The notes below the pieces were generated by a model. That model made no database searches, had not been told where the DNA came from, and worked only from the letters and a program-made list of their open reading frames with translations. Made by a program: the position numbers and the translations under genes. A DNA stretch of 64,000 nucleotides from Candidatus Woesearchaeota archaeon (lineage in GTDB: Archaea > Nanobdellota > Nanobdellia > SCGC-AAA011-G17 > UBA489), in NCBI GenBank assembly GCA_964344635.1, contig CAYFOE010000003.1, positions 24,389 to 88,388 of the forward strand, written 5' to 3'. Below are positions 26,438 to 36,160 of this stretch, one piece after another. How positions within the stretch are numbered: position 1 is the first letter of the stretch; each line of letters starts with the position of its first letter.

Positions 26438-28582
26438 GTGGCAGACAAAGTTGACGATATTTTAAAGAAGTACGAAAGAAAACTTGGAGACGAGTATGGA
26501 GAAAACTACCTAGAAGATTTCGAACCAAGGTTGACCCACAAAGAATACGAAATATTTCGTTCAGAAGTTCTAGAAAGAAAAGTCACCAACTATGAAAAAT
26601 GGTGTTATTTTGCTGAAAAAATTTTGAAAGTAACCCCCTCCAAAAAAGACTTACCCGAACTTGAAAAAAGCATAGAAGTTGCACACCTAAACATAACTCC
26701 TAGATCTGCAGCAAGCCTTGGGGCTTTGTCTGGTCTGTCTTTAATATTCCTAGGAATTTTAGTGCTAGTAATGAGCTATGTTTTCGGAAGTTTAAGCATA
26801 TTTTTCCCATTATTCTTGATCATAGGCGGAGCTTTAATAATAAAGCCCCTGAGCAATGCTCCAAACTACTTAGCCAACCGTTGGAGACTAGAAGCAAGCA
26901 ACCAGATGGTTTTGTGTATACTATACATTGTCATGTACATGAGACACACAAGCAACCTGGAACACGCAGTTAAGTTTGCAGCAGAACACGTCGGACCCCC
27001 ACTAAGTCTAGACTTAAAAAAAGTATTCTGGGATATCCAAACTGAAAGATTCTTCAGCATAAAAGAAAGCCTAGATAACTATCTAGAAAGTTGGAGAGAT
27101 CACAACTTAGAATTTGTAGAATCATTTCATTTAATCGAAGGAAGCTTATACGAATCCAATGAAGGAAGAAGAGTCGAGTTATTAGAAAAAGCCTTGGAAG
27201 TTATGCTTGATGGAACCTACAACAAAATGTTACATTATGCACACAACCTGAAAGGGCCAATCACACTACTCTACATGCTAGGAGTAATCCTACCAATCCT
27301 AGGATTGGTTATCTTTCCACTAGTTGGAAGCTTTATGGGCGGAGCAGTCAGGTGGTACCACCTGGCAATGTTGTACAATGTAATCTTACCCATTGTCCTG
27401 ATAGTCATGGGCAGCAACATGTTAGCCAAAAGGCCTACCGGCTATGGAGAAAGTGAACTGTTAAAGACTAACCCAGAATTTAGAATTTATGAAAAATGGA
27501 TAATCAATGACAAAGTCGTTCCATTGAATCCCAAAGTTGCAAGCATCTTATTAGGAAGCTTCATTGCATTCATAGGTTTTCTACCTCTATTAATACACTT
27601 AGTTAATCCAGGATATGATGTCTCTCTGGGAAACCTAGGACACTTCTTAGACTTCAAAGACAGTAGCGGACCTTACGGAACAGGCGCATTGTTAATGAGT
27701 TTACTAATTCCACTAGGAATTGCATTAGGAATTTCCATGTACTACGGAATTAAAACCAATCGCTTAATCAAAATAAAAAAGAAAGTTGACACACTCGAAG
27801 AAGAATTCAGCGGAGCAGTCTTCCAATTAGGAAACAGAGTCGGCGATGGAATCCCCTCAGAAGTTGCATTCGGAGAAGTAGCCAAAACCATGAGCGGAAC
27901 TCCTACCGGAAATTTCTTCAGCACCGTCGATAGAAACATTAGAAAGTTAGGCCACGACATGCGAAGAGCAGTATTCGACGCAAGAGTCGGAGCAATACTA
28001 CTATTCCCAAGCAATCTAATCAACAGCACCATGAAAGTTTTAATCGAAAGTGCAAAAAAAGGGCCCCTAGTTGTAAGTACAAGTTTAATCACAATCAGCA
28101 AATACGTCGATAGAATCAAACAAGTCAACGAGAGACTGAAAGACCTACTTGCAGATGTACTAAGTAGCATGACCAGCCAGATCAATTTCCTGACACCATT
28201 GATTGCAGGAATTGTTGTAGGTGTAGGAAGCATGGTAACTGCAATCATCAATAAGCTAGGATCTGCGTTTAAAGGCATCGGAACTGGAGGTGCAGACGTT
28301 CCCACAAACCTCGGAACCATTGCAAGCATAATGAGAATAGAAGACGCCATCCCAGGATTCTACTTCCAACTAGTCGTAGGAATTTACGTTTTACAAATCA
28401 CCCTGATACTCACACTATTAAGCACAAACATCGAAAGAGGATCTGACATGACAACAGCAAAACACAGAATGGGAAAAAACGTCAGAAAAAGCGTAATCTT
28501 TTACGTAATTGTTTCATTGATTGGCGTAATACTATTCAATCTATTAGCCAACACAGTAAATTTTGCAACCGGAAGCGTTTAA
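26438..28582 (+). CDS. polytopic platform membrane protein (FlaJ/TadC/GspF-like)
   Basis: 714 aa. Two soluble domains each followed by clusters of TM helices. Positioned immediately after the ATPase as in archaellum and archaeal pilus operons. Confidence 0.65.
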   Translation: MADKVDDILKKYERKLGDEYGENYLEDFEPRLTHKEYEIFRSEVLERKVTNYEKWCYFAEKILKVTPSKKDLPELEKSIEVAHLNITPRSAASLGALSGLSLIFLGILVLVMSYVFGSLSIFFPLFLIIGGALIIKPLSNAPNYLANRWRLEASNQMVLCILYIVMYMRHTSNLEHAVKFAAEHVGPPLSLDLKKVFWDIQTERFFSIKESLDNYLESWRDHNLEFVESFHLIEGSLYESNEGRRVELLEKALEVMLDGTYNKMLHYAHNLKGPITLLYMLGVILPILGLVIFPLVGSFMGGAVRWYHLAMLYNVILPIVLIVMGSNMLAKRPTGYGESELLKTNPEFRIYEKWIINDKVVPLNPKVASILLGSFIAFIGFLPLLIHLVNPGYDVSLGNLGHFLDFKDSSGPYGTGALLMSLLIPLGIALGISMYYGIKTNRLIKIKKKVDTLEEEFSGAVFQLGNRVGDGIPSEVAFGEVAKTMSGTPTGNFFSTVDRNIRKLGHDMRRAVFDARVGAILLFPSNLINSTMKVLIESAKKGPLVVSTSLITISKYVDRIKQVNERLKDLLADVLSSMTSQINFLTPLIAGIVVGVGSMVTAIINKLGSAFKGIGTGGADVPTNLGTIASIMRIEDAIPGFYFQLVVGIYVLQITLILTLLSTNIERGSDMTTAKHRMGKNVRKSVIFYVIVSLIGVILFNLLANTVNFATGSV

Positions 28583-28626
28583 ATAGATTAAAAACGATTA
28601 TAAATGATTGAATTAGGTGTTAATGT

Positions 28627-30915
28627 ATGGCAAAAGAGAGTGTTAACAGTTTTTACAAGAAGAGCATAATTCTATTTTCTAGTATGTTTTTGATACTAGC
28701 TGGATTTTTTTCAAAAACTGTAGATGCCGTAGTATATTTTGGGAATTATTATGGCGGAGGACTGTTTGGCTTTGGAGGTTCAGATTTATTGAGCCTTTAT
28801 TATTCCGCAAGCGGATGGTTTGATTTTGCACTGTTCTTCATGTTTTTCTATTCAATAGCAGACCTAGTCTTCAGTAAGAAATTTGGAGAAGAAAGATCTG
28901 CAAAAGGCTTAGCTTTAGCAGTGGGGTTGATGCTCTCATTAGGAGCCACACTATACCAAATGGCTAACGGCCTAGTCCTCTGGGATTGGGCAGGCCCAAT
29001 CGTAATCATGCTAGGAGTGTTACTAACATTTGCAACCGTGTTCTTAGCATTGAACCTACTGGGATTTCTCAAATGGTTATCAGCAATCCTTTCAGCAATA
29101 GTTACGTTGTTTGTATGGACTAGACTATGGGACAACAACTTCATCGATCTTGGCGATTTTTCAAACCCACTTGGAGCTGCAGGCCAATTTGTACTAGGAT
29201 TTATAGTTCTATTCTTAGCTGTAAAAATCCTAGCAGGATTAGCCAAACACAAAGGGAAGATTAAATTTCCAAAAATCAGAAGAAACAAAACCTCTTCTGT
29301 TCCTCCGCCCGTTCCAGACATCATAGACGACGTAGAATATACTGTAAGTCCTGTAGGCGAACCAATTCCTCGAAGTAAAGGCGCATTACTTCCTGGAAAA
29401 GAACAGAAAGCCTCAGAGGAATCAAAAGATTATTGGAAACAAACAAACATCAGCAAAGAAAGAATCTTACAATTATATTTAATTGTTAGAAAGATAAGAT
29501 CACTTTTGACTAACTGTTCAAAGAAAAGTAGACAAATAGAAGGGAGACTTGCAGGATTAAAAATTGAAATCCAAAAAGAAACAACCCTCTCAAGAGATAT
29601 AAAAAATTTAAACAAAAGAATCGACAAAGCCTACAAGGACTTATCTTATTTTGAAAAAACACTCCATTCAGAAAGCATTACCCTAGACGGCATTGAAAAT
29701 CTTAAAACATTCTTCGAAGGAATCATGAGAGACATTAACAAGATCTTGTCAGAAGTAAGTCATGTCAATTCAGTTAAGATGGACGTTAAAGCCATAGTTA
29801 GCTATTCTTCCAGTACTTGGAATGAAACCCTCAAAGATCTGAAAGAGAACGTTGTCGTTCTTAGATCCGAATTAGAAAGACATTTGAAAAAAAGCGCAAG
29901 AGGACTAACCCTCAGACAAGTACTGACCATACTGTCTACCTGGAAAAAGAACCTTCGTTCAGGAAGTTCAAGGCAAGTTACAAACTCCACAGCGAAACAG
30001 AAAGATTCTAATCAAGAAAATGTCGAAAGCGTATTTAGAGAAGTTGTCCTTAAGACTCATCCAGATAAAACTAGAAACTTTGATGAAGCTAGACGTGAAA
30101 AGTTGAGAAGACTGTTCGAACAAGCAACAGCATACAGAAAAGTAGGCGACCTGAATTCTTTAATCGGTGTCAGAGAAGAAGTTGACAGAATCTATAGCGA
30201 CTATGAAGCAGAAAGAGCTGAAGTTAAAAGAAAAAATTTAGCAGCAGGCGTAGACATCGAAGAATTTGAAAACCTACTATCCTTCCAAATAATGATTCCG
30301 AAATCCCATAAGAAAACTTTTGTTTCAGGGACAATGAAAAAAAGAAAGAGAGGATTAAACGTTGCCAACTTTGCATCCCACGTTATTTTCACACCGCCTA
30401 CAGGAGGAGAAGGAAACGCAAAAATAATGAGGCAACAACTAACAGAATTCATTCCAAACGCAATGAGTGCAGTCGAAGAAATAAAAAAATACCTAGACAA
30501 AATGGCATACTACTCAAGAGATTCCAAAACCTACAAACAATTTACCGAAATTCACAACAAAATAATCAAATACAAATCCATCGTAGATGACATCCAAACC
30601 AAAGTCCTTAGCAAAGGAATAATAAGATCTAGCTATAGGTCATTTACAAGATTAACTCAAGCAGACCCAACATTTATTGAAAAACTCTCAAAAAAATTCA
30701 AAATAGACCCATCAAAAATTACCTGGGGAAGCGTCGTTTCAGACCCAGACAAACTAGCATTCTTCTTAATGTATCCCGGAAAAAATTACGGACAAAAAGG
30801 ATTGTACGATTTCTTCGATAGAGCTTATGACTACTTTATAGATCTAGACATACAACTTGAAAAGATGAGGAATCTAATAAGTAGAAAGATCAAAAAAGGT
30901 TTGAAATATATTTGA
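28627..30915 (+). CDS. large membrane protein: N-terminal about 200-aa polytopic domain plus about 550-aa cytoplasmic coiled-coil region containing a J-domain-like HPDK segment
   Basis: TM helices to about residue 210. Then SVFREVVLKTHPDKTRNFDEARREKLRRLFEQATAYRKVGDL, which aligns with J-domain helices II and III around the invariant HPD. Confidence 0.45.
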   Translation: MAKESVNSFYKKSIILFSSMFLILAGFFSKTVDAVVYFGNYYGGGLFGFGGSDLLSLYYSASGWFDFALFFMFFYSIADLVFSKKFGEERSAKGLALAVGLMLSLGATLYQMANGLVLWDWAGPIVIMLGVLLTFATVFLALNLLGFLKWLSAILSAIVTLFVWTRLWDNNFIDLGDFSNPLGAAGQFVLGFIVLFLAVKILAGLAKHKGKIKFPKIRRNKTSSVPPPVPDIIDDVEYTVSPVGEPIPRSKGALLPGKEQKASEESKDYWKQTNISKERILQLYLIVRKIRSLLTNCSKKSRQIEGRLAGLKIEIQKETTLSRDIKNLNKRIDKAYKDLSYFEKTLHSESITLDGIENLKTFFEGIMRDINKILSEVSHVNSVKMDVKAIVSYSSSTWNETLKDLKENVVVLRSELERHLKKSARGLTLRQVLTILSTWKKNLRSGSSRQVTNSTAKQKDSNQENVESVFREVVLKTHPDKTRNFDEARREKLRRLFEQATAYRKVGDLNSLIGVREEVDRIYSDYEAERAEVKRKNLAAGVDIEEFENLLSFQIMIPKSHKKTFVSGTMKKRKRGLNVANFASHVIFTPPTGGEGNAKIMRQQLTEFIPNAMSAVEEIKKYLDKMAYYSRDSKTYKQFTEIHNKIIKYKSIVDDIQTKVLSKGIIRSSYRSFTRLTQADPTFIEKLSKKFKIDPSKITWGSVVSDPDKLAFFLMYPGKNYGQKGLYDFFDRAYDYFIDLDIQLEKMRNLISRKIKKGLKYI

Positions 30916-30938
30916 GGAAACTTTATATAGCTAGATAA

Positions 30939-31373
30939 TTGGTGTTAAATATGGCAGATTTGGTGATACTTCCAGCGATTTACATGGGATTGATTATTGG
31001 GATTTATGAAGCTATCCTGTTACACAGAGATGTTAGTGTTCCAAAACATAGATTTGGACATATGATGCACGCATTAATTTTCGCAATGATTGCAGTTTTT
31101 GCAGCAATGAATGTCGAATTTGTTTTAGCCTTGATCCCAGCAATAGCGACAATACCTTACTTAGGAGAACCAATTGTATTTAGAATAGCAATCGCCTTGA
31201 TCGCAATCATTAAGATTCACGCAATAAGCGCTGCAGCTCCAGGAATTGCAGGCGGAAGTGTGGGCATGAAAGAAAAATGGAGTCACAGCTTCATAATCGG
31301 AGCACTAATCGTTGCAGCACACTACATATGGCCATTCATCGAACCAAGGGTAGGTTTTTTACCAGGAATATAA
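30939..31373 (+). CDS. membrane protein (4 TM), unknown
   Basis: Hydrophobic ORF within the pilus locus. Confidence 0.4.
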   Translation: MVLNMADLVILPAIYMGLIIGIYEAILLHRDVSVPKHRFGHMMHALIFAMIAVFAAMNVEFVLALIPAIATIPYLGEPIVFRIAIALIAIIKIHAISAAAPGIAGGSVGMKEKWSHSFIIGALIVAAHYIWPFIEPRVGFLPGI

Positions 31374-31375
31374 AC

Positions 31376-31630
31376 ATGGCTTATGGTTTAGAATCTAGCA
31401 TCTTGGCATACATGCCTTTCTTATTGATACCCTCAGTTCTTTTAGGAATCCTCGTATGGGAATTATTTTGGAAAGGACTAGGCCTCTGGGTTTCTGCAAG
31501 AACAGGACAAAGAAACTGGTTCATCTCAATACTAGTTCTGAATACACTAGGATTATTACCAATAATCTATCTAGTTTTCTTCCAAAAAATCTTACCCTCA
31601 AAAGGCAAAGTCAAGAGAAAAAAGAAATAA
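31376..31630 (+). CDS. small membrane protein (2 TM, Lys-rich C-terminus)
   Basis: ATG at 31376 (MAYGLESSILAYMPFLLIPSVLLGILVWE...). The listed ORF with an earlier start overlaps the upstream gene and is unlikely. Confidence 0.4.
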   Translation: MAYGLESSILAYMPFLLIPSVLLGILVWELFWKGLGLWVSARTGQRNWFISILVLNTLGLLPIIYLVFFQKILPSKGKVKRKKK

Positions 31631-32176
31631 TCACTTCTTATCATGAGGATGGTGGTGACCCGTCGTTCTTTCAAAGTAAGGCAATATCTTAACTAACCTA
31701 GGAATTCGAGTTATCGGCCTCAAAAACCTCACAGCAAACTTAGACCTCGAGAACCTGGTCAACTTTTCCGCCTCCCTTGCAATCTTGGCAGTCTCCTTCT
31801 CTACCGCACTAAGCTCTTTCACCCCCAAACTCGCATGCAATGCAGACTGACCCTCCTTCACAGTATCAGAAAAACGCAACAAGAAATATATCTCTTCTGC
31901 AGCTCTCAAGAATAAGTAAAACGGAAATACGGCAATTATATCTAACCAGTAAGACCTAACAAAAGGCTTAATTTTTCTAACCCTAATGAACTTGAACACA
32001 AGATCCACCACAAATAAAGAAATTATTGAATACTCTATCAATTCAAGAGCATGTTCATAATGGTGTGCGAAATCTTGAAAGAAAAAATGAATAATAATCA
32101 CAATAAGTAAGATAAAAATTGCATAAGGAATTATTTTATCAACCAAATGCTCCGCCCTATGAAACCCCTTTTTCAT
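31631..32176 (-). CDS. stand-alone voltage-sensor-domain-like membrane protein (S1-S4) with His-rich C-terminus
   Basis: S2-like SLFVVDLVFKFIRVRK. S3-like WLDIIAVFPFYLFL. S4-like RFSRSKFAVRFLRPITRIPRLVKIL with basic residues every third position. Ends GHHHPHDKK. No pore domain. Confidence 0.4.
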   Translation of the reverse strand: MKKGFHRAEHLVDKIIPYAIFILLIVIIIHFFFQDFAHHYEHALELIEYSIISLFVVDLVFKFIRVRKIKPFVRSYWLDIIAVFPFYLFLRAAEEIYFLLRFSDTVKEGQSALHASLGVKELSAVEKETAKIAREAEKLTRFSRSKFAVRFLRPITRIPRLVKILPYFERTTGHHHPHDKK

Positions 32177-32256
32177 AAATTATTTATTCTCAAATGAATA
32201 TTTAAGTTTAATGTACTTGGAAAGGCTTAAATATTTAGTTCAGGTGATTTAATCCT

Positions 32257-32367
32257 ATGAGGGGTCAGTACGGAACCAAGCATCTTGGTGTCTTAATCTT
32301 AGCAATCGTATTTTTCTTAATCATATTCTTAATTGTGAGAAACATCCTCGGAGGAGTGTTTAACTAA
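32257..32367 (+). CDS. possible small membrane peptide (36 aa)
   Basis: MRGQYGTKHLGVLILAIVFFLIIFLIVRNILGGVFN. It ends 1 nt before the next gene. Confidence 0.25.
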   Translation: MRGQYGTKHLGVLILAIVFFLIIFLIVRNILGGVFN

Positions 32368-32368
32368 A

Positions 32369-33268
32369 ATGAATAAAAAAGCAGCAATAGACATGCCCGC
32401 ATCTTTCTTGATTTCAGTAATCCTAGTAATGATAGTTGTAGCTGCATCCATCTTTTATTTTATGACAATTGCAGAAGTTTCTGAAGACATCGCCTTAGAT
32501 GATGCATGCAGGGCTAGTGTAGAAGCAAAATCCAGATTCAAGACAGACATTGCAGGAAGTCCTCTTTCTTTGAAATGCAGTCAAGAAGAAATAGTTTCTG
32601 AAGCAAAAACCAAAGAAGAAATCAGCTTAGAACTCACCCAAGAAATGTACAGTTGTTGGTACAAATACGGCGAAGGCCAAGTAGACTGGTTGAGCGATTG
32701 GGACTTTGGAGAAACAGACTTCCACTGCAGAATATGTTCCAGAATCTCTTACGGCGAAGATCACGAAGATTTAACCTTTGGCGAGTTTTACTCCTACCTA
32801 AACAATAAAAAAATACCCGGGAAAGACATTAGCTTTGCAGGATACTTCTCAGGAAATGAAAACGCAGTCCTACAATTTGGCGGTTCAGGGATGAACCAAT
32901 ACGACGCAATGGACTTAGATAAATCCGTTTACGTGGTTTATACAATCACCAAATTTGATCAAGATCGCTTAGATGACTTACAGAGACAATATGCATCATT
33001 CGAAGGAGGGGCAGCCTATGGAATGGGAAGCCTACCTGATGAAGTCGGTTCCGAAATTGATCCAGACCTAGTCAAAACAGGAGGAGCGGCAGTAGTTACC
33101 GGAGTAGCAGGAACAATCTTAGGATTCACACCAGTCGGATGGATCATAGCATTCGGCGCACTATCCAGCTGGGCAATATATGAACTATCCGGATCAGCAG
33201 AAATCCCATACTATTCGCTGGCTTTATTAAGTGCAGACGACATCGCAGGAATGTGTAGTGGGAGTTAA
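32369..33268 (+). CDS. pilin-like protein with class-III-type N-terminal signal/anchor
   Basis: MNKKAAIDMPASFLISVILVMIVVAASIFYF, then a Cys-containing extracellular domain. Confidence 0.45.
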   Translation: MNKKAAIDMPASFLISVILVMIVVAASIFYFMTIAEVSEDIALDDACRASVEAKSRFKTDIAGSPLSLKCSQEEIVSEAKTKEEISLELTQEMYSCWYKYGEGQVDWLSDWDFGETDFHCRICSRISYGEDHEDLTFGEFYSYLNNKKIPGKDISFAGYFSGNENAVLQFGGSGMNQYDAMDLDKSVYVVYTITKFDQDRLDDLQRQYASFEGGAAYGMGSLPDEVGSEIDPDLVKTGGAAVVTGVAGTILGFTPVGWIIAFGALSSWAIYELSGSAEIPYYSLALLSADDIAGMCSGS

Positions 33269-33273
33269 ACAAA

Positions 33274-33408
33274 ATGGAAGGAGAGACACTAGGAAAACTT
33301 ATATTTTATGTAGCACTACTAATCCTATTAATATTAATAATAACAGAATTTTCACAAGGACAATTTAACCTATTAGAAAAACTAGAGGGGGTATTAAGAT
33401 TCAAATGA
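33274..33408 (+). CDS. small pilin-like peptide (44 aa)
   Basis: MEGETLGKLIFYVALLILLILIITEF. Confidence 0.3.
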   Translation: MEGETLGKLIFYVALLILLILIITEFSQGQFNLLEKLEGVLRFK

Positions 33409-33548
33409 TATACGGAAAAAAAGGTGCAGAACTAGCTATTGAAAAATTAATCAAATGGATAATAATCATAGCCATGATAGTAATCTTATTCTACTTTTTA
33501 ACAGGAATCAAGGAGGTAAGTGAAGCTTTCCTAAGCATCTTTAACTAA
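33405..33548 (+). CDS. small pilin-like peptide (47 aa)
   Basis: MIYGKKGAELAIEKLIKWIIIIAMIVILFYF: KKG followed by a hydrophobic helix. ATGA overlap with the previous ORF. Confidence 0.3.
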   Translation: MIYGKKGAELAIEKLIKWIIIIAMIVILFYFLTGIKEVSEAFLSIFN

Positions 33549-33549
33549 A

Positions 33550-35112
33550 ATGAACAAAAAAGGAGACGCATTAGCCTTACGAAACATGATAGTGTTAATC
33601 ATCTTGATTCTTGTACTAGTGTGGGCCCTTGCAGGGCCTCTAAAATCCAGCCAACTTCTAGGCAGAGACCTAGGAGAAAAATCCTCAGAATTTGGTGAGT
33701 CATTCAAAGCATTAGAAATAGAAAGACTACTCACAATCGATAAAGATAAACTAAGTGACGAAGAAAGAGAACTCTTAGAAAGCGATGAAGTCGCAAATGC
33801 AAAAAGCAGCATAAATCTTGCAAGGAAATACATAGACGAAAGCAGGTATGAAGATGCAAGACAAGTATTAACAGAATCAAAAGAAAGTTTAGACTCTATT
33901 CGAGATTTTGAACTATTGAATGAAATCGATTCCCTAGTTGAAAAAACCAGAGAATACGAAAGACAAGCCCCATGGGAAGAAGAACTAGAAGTTCTAGAAC
34001 AAAGATACAGCCTATACAAAGGAACTAACGAAAAAGAAAAACTAGAACAATTAAGATTTGATGTGTTGAACTTCATGGAAGGAAAATACGGAAGAATTGC
34101 AGACGAAGCTAACGATCTATTGAAATCTATTGAAACAGACTTGAAGAGGTTGGGCGTTAGTTTTGTTGAAGGCGAAGCGAATTTAATCTCAGAGTATGAA
34201 CTTTTGATTACAACCGAAGGCGAAGACTATGAATATCTCTCCTTAGCAAGAGAATTTGTAGAACACTTCCCAACAAAAATTAATGAAATATTCAACTTGT
34301 ATAAACATGCAGAAGAAAAAGCAACAGACGATTATACCAAAGCAGTCTCAATCTTAGAATTAGCAACATTCTTTTACAACAAAGAAATGAAGTCCAATGC
34401 AGCATACGAATACAACAGAATTTACGCAGACATCTCCCTGAAATCCTCACTGAGTTCGGAAGATCTCAAAACATTACTGCGCAATAGAGGACTATTGTTA
34501 GATGAAGGATACTCTGAACTATTTTATTGGGATTTCATTGCAGTCAGCAAATTAACCTACAAGACAGGAATATTTTCATGGACTAAAATTGTAAGAGTTA
34601 ATTTCCCTTTTAATTTCCATTTTAAAGACGGCAGAACAACCGAGGTCTCCAAGTTTAATTCACTATTTGATAAAAAAGACTTCCAAACATTCGATGACCA
34701 GAAAAAGAAAGTTTCATTCTTTGTAGACTACTGGAAGAATATTGGAGCTTATAGCTCAAACGTTAGAAGTTTAACAGACGGAAACGATTTCCGAGGCCTT
34801 TATGACGGAAGTGATAACTTTGACTTTGTAGTAAGACTCTGGGGCGTAAACCAAGAATTCTTAGGCTGGTGTGCAATAGCAGAAGATTCAACAAAACCCC
34901 TACAAGAATACCTAGATAACAACATACCCGTAATCGGAAAAGATACAAGGGGCCGCACACATTGTATCGGTGCAAACGGAAACGAAGTTAATCCGTACAT
35001 GCTAGTTAATGTAATGAGTATCGAAGAATTAGACGACTCAAGCAGGATAACTCTGAGTCTAGAACTGTTAAAAGAATTCAAACCAGTCAAGCCTTACGAA
35101 TTGCAAGTATAG
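33550..35112 (+). CDS. large pilin-like / pilus-associated protein (520 aa) with class-III-type N-terminus
   Basis: MNKKGDALALRNMIVLIILILVLVWALAG, then a long acidic coiled-coil-rich and Cys-containing domain. Confidence 0.45.
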   Translation: MNKKGDALALRNMIVLIILILVLVWALAGPLKSSQLLGRDLGEKSSEFGESFKALEIERLLTIDKDKLSDEERELLESDEVANAKSSINLARKYIDESRYEDARQVLTESKESLDSIRDFELLNEIDSLVEKTREYERQAPWEEELEVLEQRYSLYKGTNEKEKLEQLRFDVLNFMEGKYGRIADEANDLLKSIETDLKRLGVSFVEGEANLISEYELLITTEGEDYEYLSLAREFVEHFPTKINEIFNLYKHAEEKATDDYTKAVSILELATFFYNKEMKSNAAYEYNRIYADISLKSSLSSEDLKTLLRNRGLLLDEGYSELFYWDFIAVSKLTYKTGIFSWTKIVRVNFPFNFHFKDGRTTEVSKFNSLFDKKDFQTFDDQKKKVSFFVDYWKNIGAYSSNVRSLTDGNDFRGLYDGSDNFDFVVRLWGVNQEFLGWCAIAEDSTKPLQEYLDNNIPVIGKDTRGRTHCIGANGNEVNPYMLVNVMSIEELDDSSRITLSLELLKEFKPVKPYELQV

Positions 35113-35153
35113 CATGAAAAGGTTTATATATTGATTAAGGAGTGTTTATAATA

Positions 35154-35603
35154 ATGGAAAAAAGAGTTGCTTTAAGGAATTACTTAAAGGATAAGAGAGG
35201 TGTCGAGCTTACACTTAATACCGTTATAATTTCAATACTAGTTGTTTTAGTCCTAGTTGTAATTATTGCATTCTTTTTAGGTGGAACCACCAAAGCAAAA
35301 GGTACTATTGCAGAAATTTATAACGTAGGATCCGCAGGTGCAGACATAGAACAAGCAATCCTTCTTTGTAACAACTACTGTGACCAAGCAAGAGATTGGA
35401 ATCCGACACTGCAAACAAACTCGCCCTACTGTACTAAAGCGTTCAAACTAGACCTAGATGGTGATGGCGAAGCAGATAAAATTGAATCTACAGGGGGATA
35501 TGAAGAATATTACTGTGCAGGTTCAACTTTGAATGTCAGGTGTCCAGATATTTTGAATACTCCAGGCGTGACCTGTAAGACCGAAGACGTAGTGGCTAAT
35601 TAG
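35154..35603 (+). CDS. pilin-like protein
   Basis: MEKRVALRNYLKDKRGVELTLNTVIISILVVLVLVVIIAFF. C-terminal Cys-rich domain with DLDGDGEADKIE. ATG at 35154 preferred over the upstream GTG of the listed ORF. Confidence 0.45.
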   Translation: MEKRVALRNYLKDKRGVELTLNTVIISILVVLVLVVIIAFFLGGTTKAKGTIAEIYNVGSAGADIEQAILLCNNYCDQARDWNPTLQTNSPYCTKAFKLDLDGDGEADKIESTGGYEEYYCAGSTLNVRCPDILNTPGVTCKTEDVVAN

Positions 35604-35637
35604 TCAAGTTTATATAATCTTCAATTAATTTTATTCT

Positions 35638-36126
35638 ATGAGATTTTTTGATAAAAGAGGAGAAATTTCTGCAGATTGGACTGGCGCGACACTTGTAGAA
35701 GCAGTAATATTAATGCTTATGATCGCTGCAGCAGGATCAGTCCTCACAATTTGGTTTCAAAATGATGATGAAGGCCTAGGAAGCTTCAACTCACTAGATA
35801 CCGCCATAAGAAACGTTCATGCAGGAAGATCAACAAGTGAAAGTGTTGATGTAAACCTAGGCAAAGAAAAATCTTTAGTCTTATTTGGAAATTCTACAGA
35901 AGAATGTACTTTAGATAAGCCCATGATCTGTGAAGGTGAAGCCTGTCTATGCTTATGTGATGTCGCAGAAGCTTCAGTTAGCTGCGGAACCTCAAAAGAA
36001 CTATGTAAAACATACAGGGACGATGTTGAATTCATAAAAGGTTGTCCATTTCTTCCAGGAAGAGAAAGCAGATATTCTATAAAAGTCATGAAAAATTCCG
36101 AAGACAGAATTTATTTAAGCACTTAG
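35638..36126 (+). CDS. pilin-like protein with bacterial-type-IV-pilin-like N-terminus
   Basis: GATLVEAVILMLMIAAAGSVL has Glu at +5 after Gly. Cys-rich C-terminal domain. Confidence 0.45.
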   Translation: MRFFDKRGEISADWTGATLVEAVILMLMIAAAGSVLTIWFQNDDEGLGSFNSLDTAIRNVHAGRSTSESVDVNLGKEKSLVLFGNSTEECTLDKPMICEGEACLCLCDVAEASVSCGTSKELCKTYRDDVEFIKGCPFLPGRESRYSIKVMKNSEDRIYLST

Positions 36127-36160
36127 AAAACAATATAAACTTTTTTGACATTTTTATCCT

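Noticed and set aside
31277-31375. Upstream extension of the small membrane ORF (listed start 31277)
   Set aside because: The extension overlaps the preceding gene in another frame and reads as non-protein-like (MESQLHNRSTNRCSTLHMAIHRTKGRFF). An ATG at 31376 directly after the upstream stop gives a clean membrane protein.
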